DNA of 5,688 bases from a virus (lineage: Duplodnaviria > Heunggongvirae > Uroviricota > Caudoviricetes): IMG/VR virus record IMGVR_UViG_2681813269_000003, positions 1 through 5,688 of that record. One strand, 5' to 3'. This document shows, in pieces, positions 5,418 to 5,688 of this stretch. The notes beneath the pieces are model-generated. The model saw only the letters and a list, made by a program, of their open reading frames with translations. It did no database searches and had not been told where the DNA came from. How positions within the stretch are numbered: position 1 is the first letter of the stretch; every line of letters starts with the position of its first letter. The translations under genes were made by a program, and so were the position numbers.

Positions 5418-5688
5418 TTACTCGCTCGTTTGTAACCGCCCGTTTTTTTTAGAGCTTTTTCCGTTATGACGTTCAAAGTTAGGTAGAGAAAGCCCTCCGT
5501 CATTTTCGACCAGCCATCCAACCTGAATTAACGCATCAGCAAAACCAGACATAAAAGTGATGCGATCTATTGCACTTTTTGTAACGCCGCGAGCGTTACA
5601 ATCTGCATTACCGTCTATCATTTGTTGATCCGCCCATGCCCAGAAGCGAATAACCTGAGGTAGCCTGAGTTTAACGGACACTCCTTCC
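5418..5688 (-). CDS. Replication initiator N-terminal segment (partial; 5' end probably beyond the window edge)
   Basis: Minus-strand frame open from the window edge to the TAA at 5418-5420 (...GVTKSAIDRITFMSGFADALIQVGWLVENDGGLSLPNFERHNGKSSKKNGRLQTSE). The GTG at 5679-5681 has GGAAGGA immediately adjacent with no spacer, so the true start is probably upstream of the window. It ends just after an A8 homopolymer at 5443-5450. Confidence 0.45.
   Translation of the reverse strand, partial: EGVSVKLRLPQVIRFWAWADQQMIDGNADCNARGVTKSAIDRITFMSGFADALIQVGWLVENDGGLSLPNFERHNGKSSKKNGRLQTSE

Noticed and set aside
5418-5450. Programmed -1 ribosomal frameshift at A_AAA_AAC
   Set aside because: A second, non-canonical shift would also be needed near 5289-5293 to reach the DnaT-like frame; an indel or pseudogene explanation is simpler. 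Kept only as a minor alternative in the findings.
1-5688. tRNA, rRNA, integrase, transposase or IS elements
   Set aside because: No cloverleaf-like conserved tRNA motifs, no long non-coding structured region, and no ORF with recombinase or transposase motifs were seen.

Overview
The window reads as the early-right, nin and Q region of a lambdoid prophage from an E. coli-like enterobacterium, with every supportable gene on the minus strand. Reading in the direction of transcription (high to low coordinates): a replication-initiator gene with a DnaT-like C-terminus, broken across three reading frames around a poly-Glu hexanucleotide repeat; a DnaC-family helicase loader; a translationally coupled pair of a winged-helix protein and a zinc-ribbon/coiled-coil protein; a QueH-like (DUF208) epoxyqueuosine reductase; an apparently intact hok/mok type I toxin locus with its promoter, long-range 5'/3' complementarity and terminator; an AT-rich 95-aa ORF; a DUF1367-like/DUF1364 (YbcO-like) coupled pair; a Q-type antiterminator; and an intrinsic terminator just downstream of Q. 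No tRNA, rRNA, CRISPR array or transposase was seen. All plus-strand ORFs in the track look like antisense shadows. Family assignments rest on motifs and on protein sequences recalled from memory (E. coli DnaC, DnaT, HokD, MokC, YbcO); no database search was possible.
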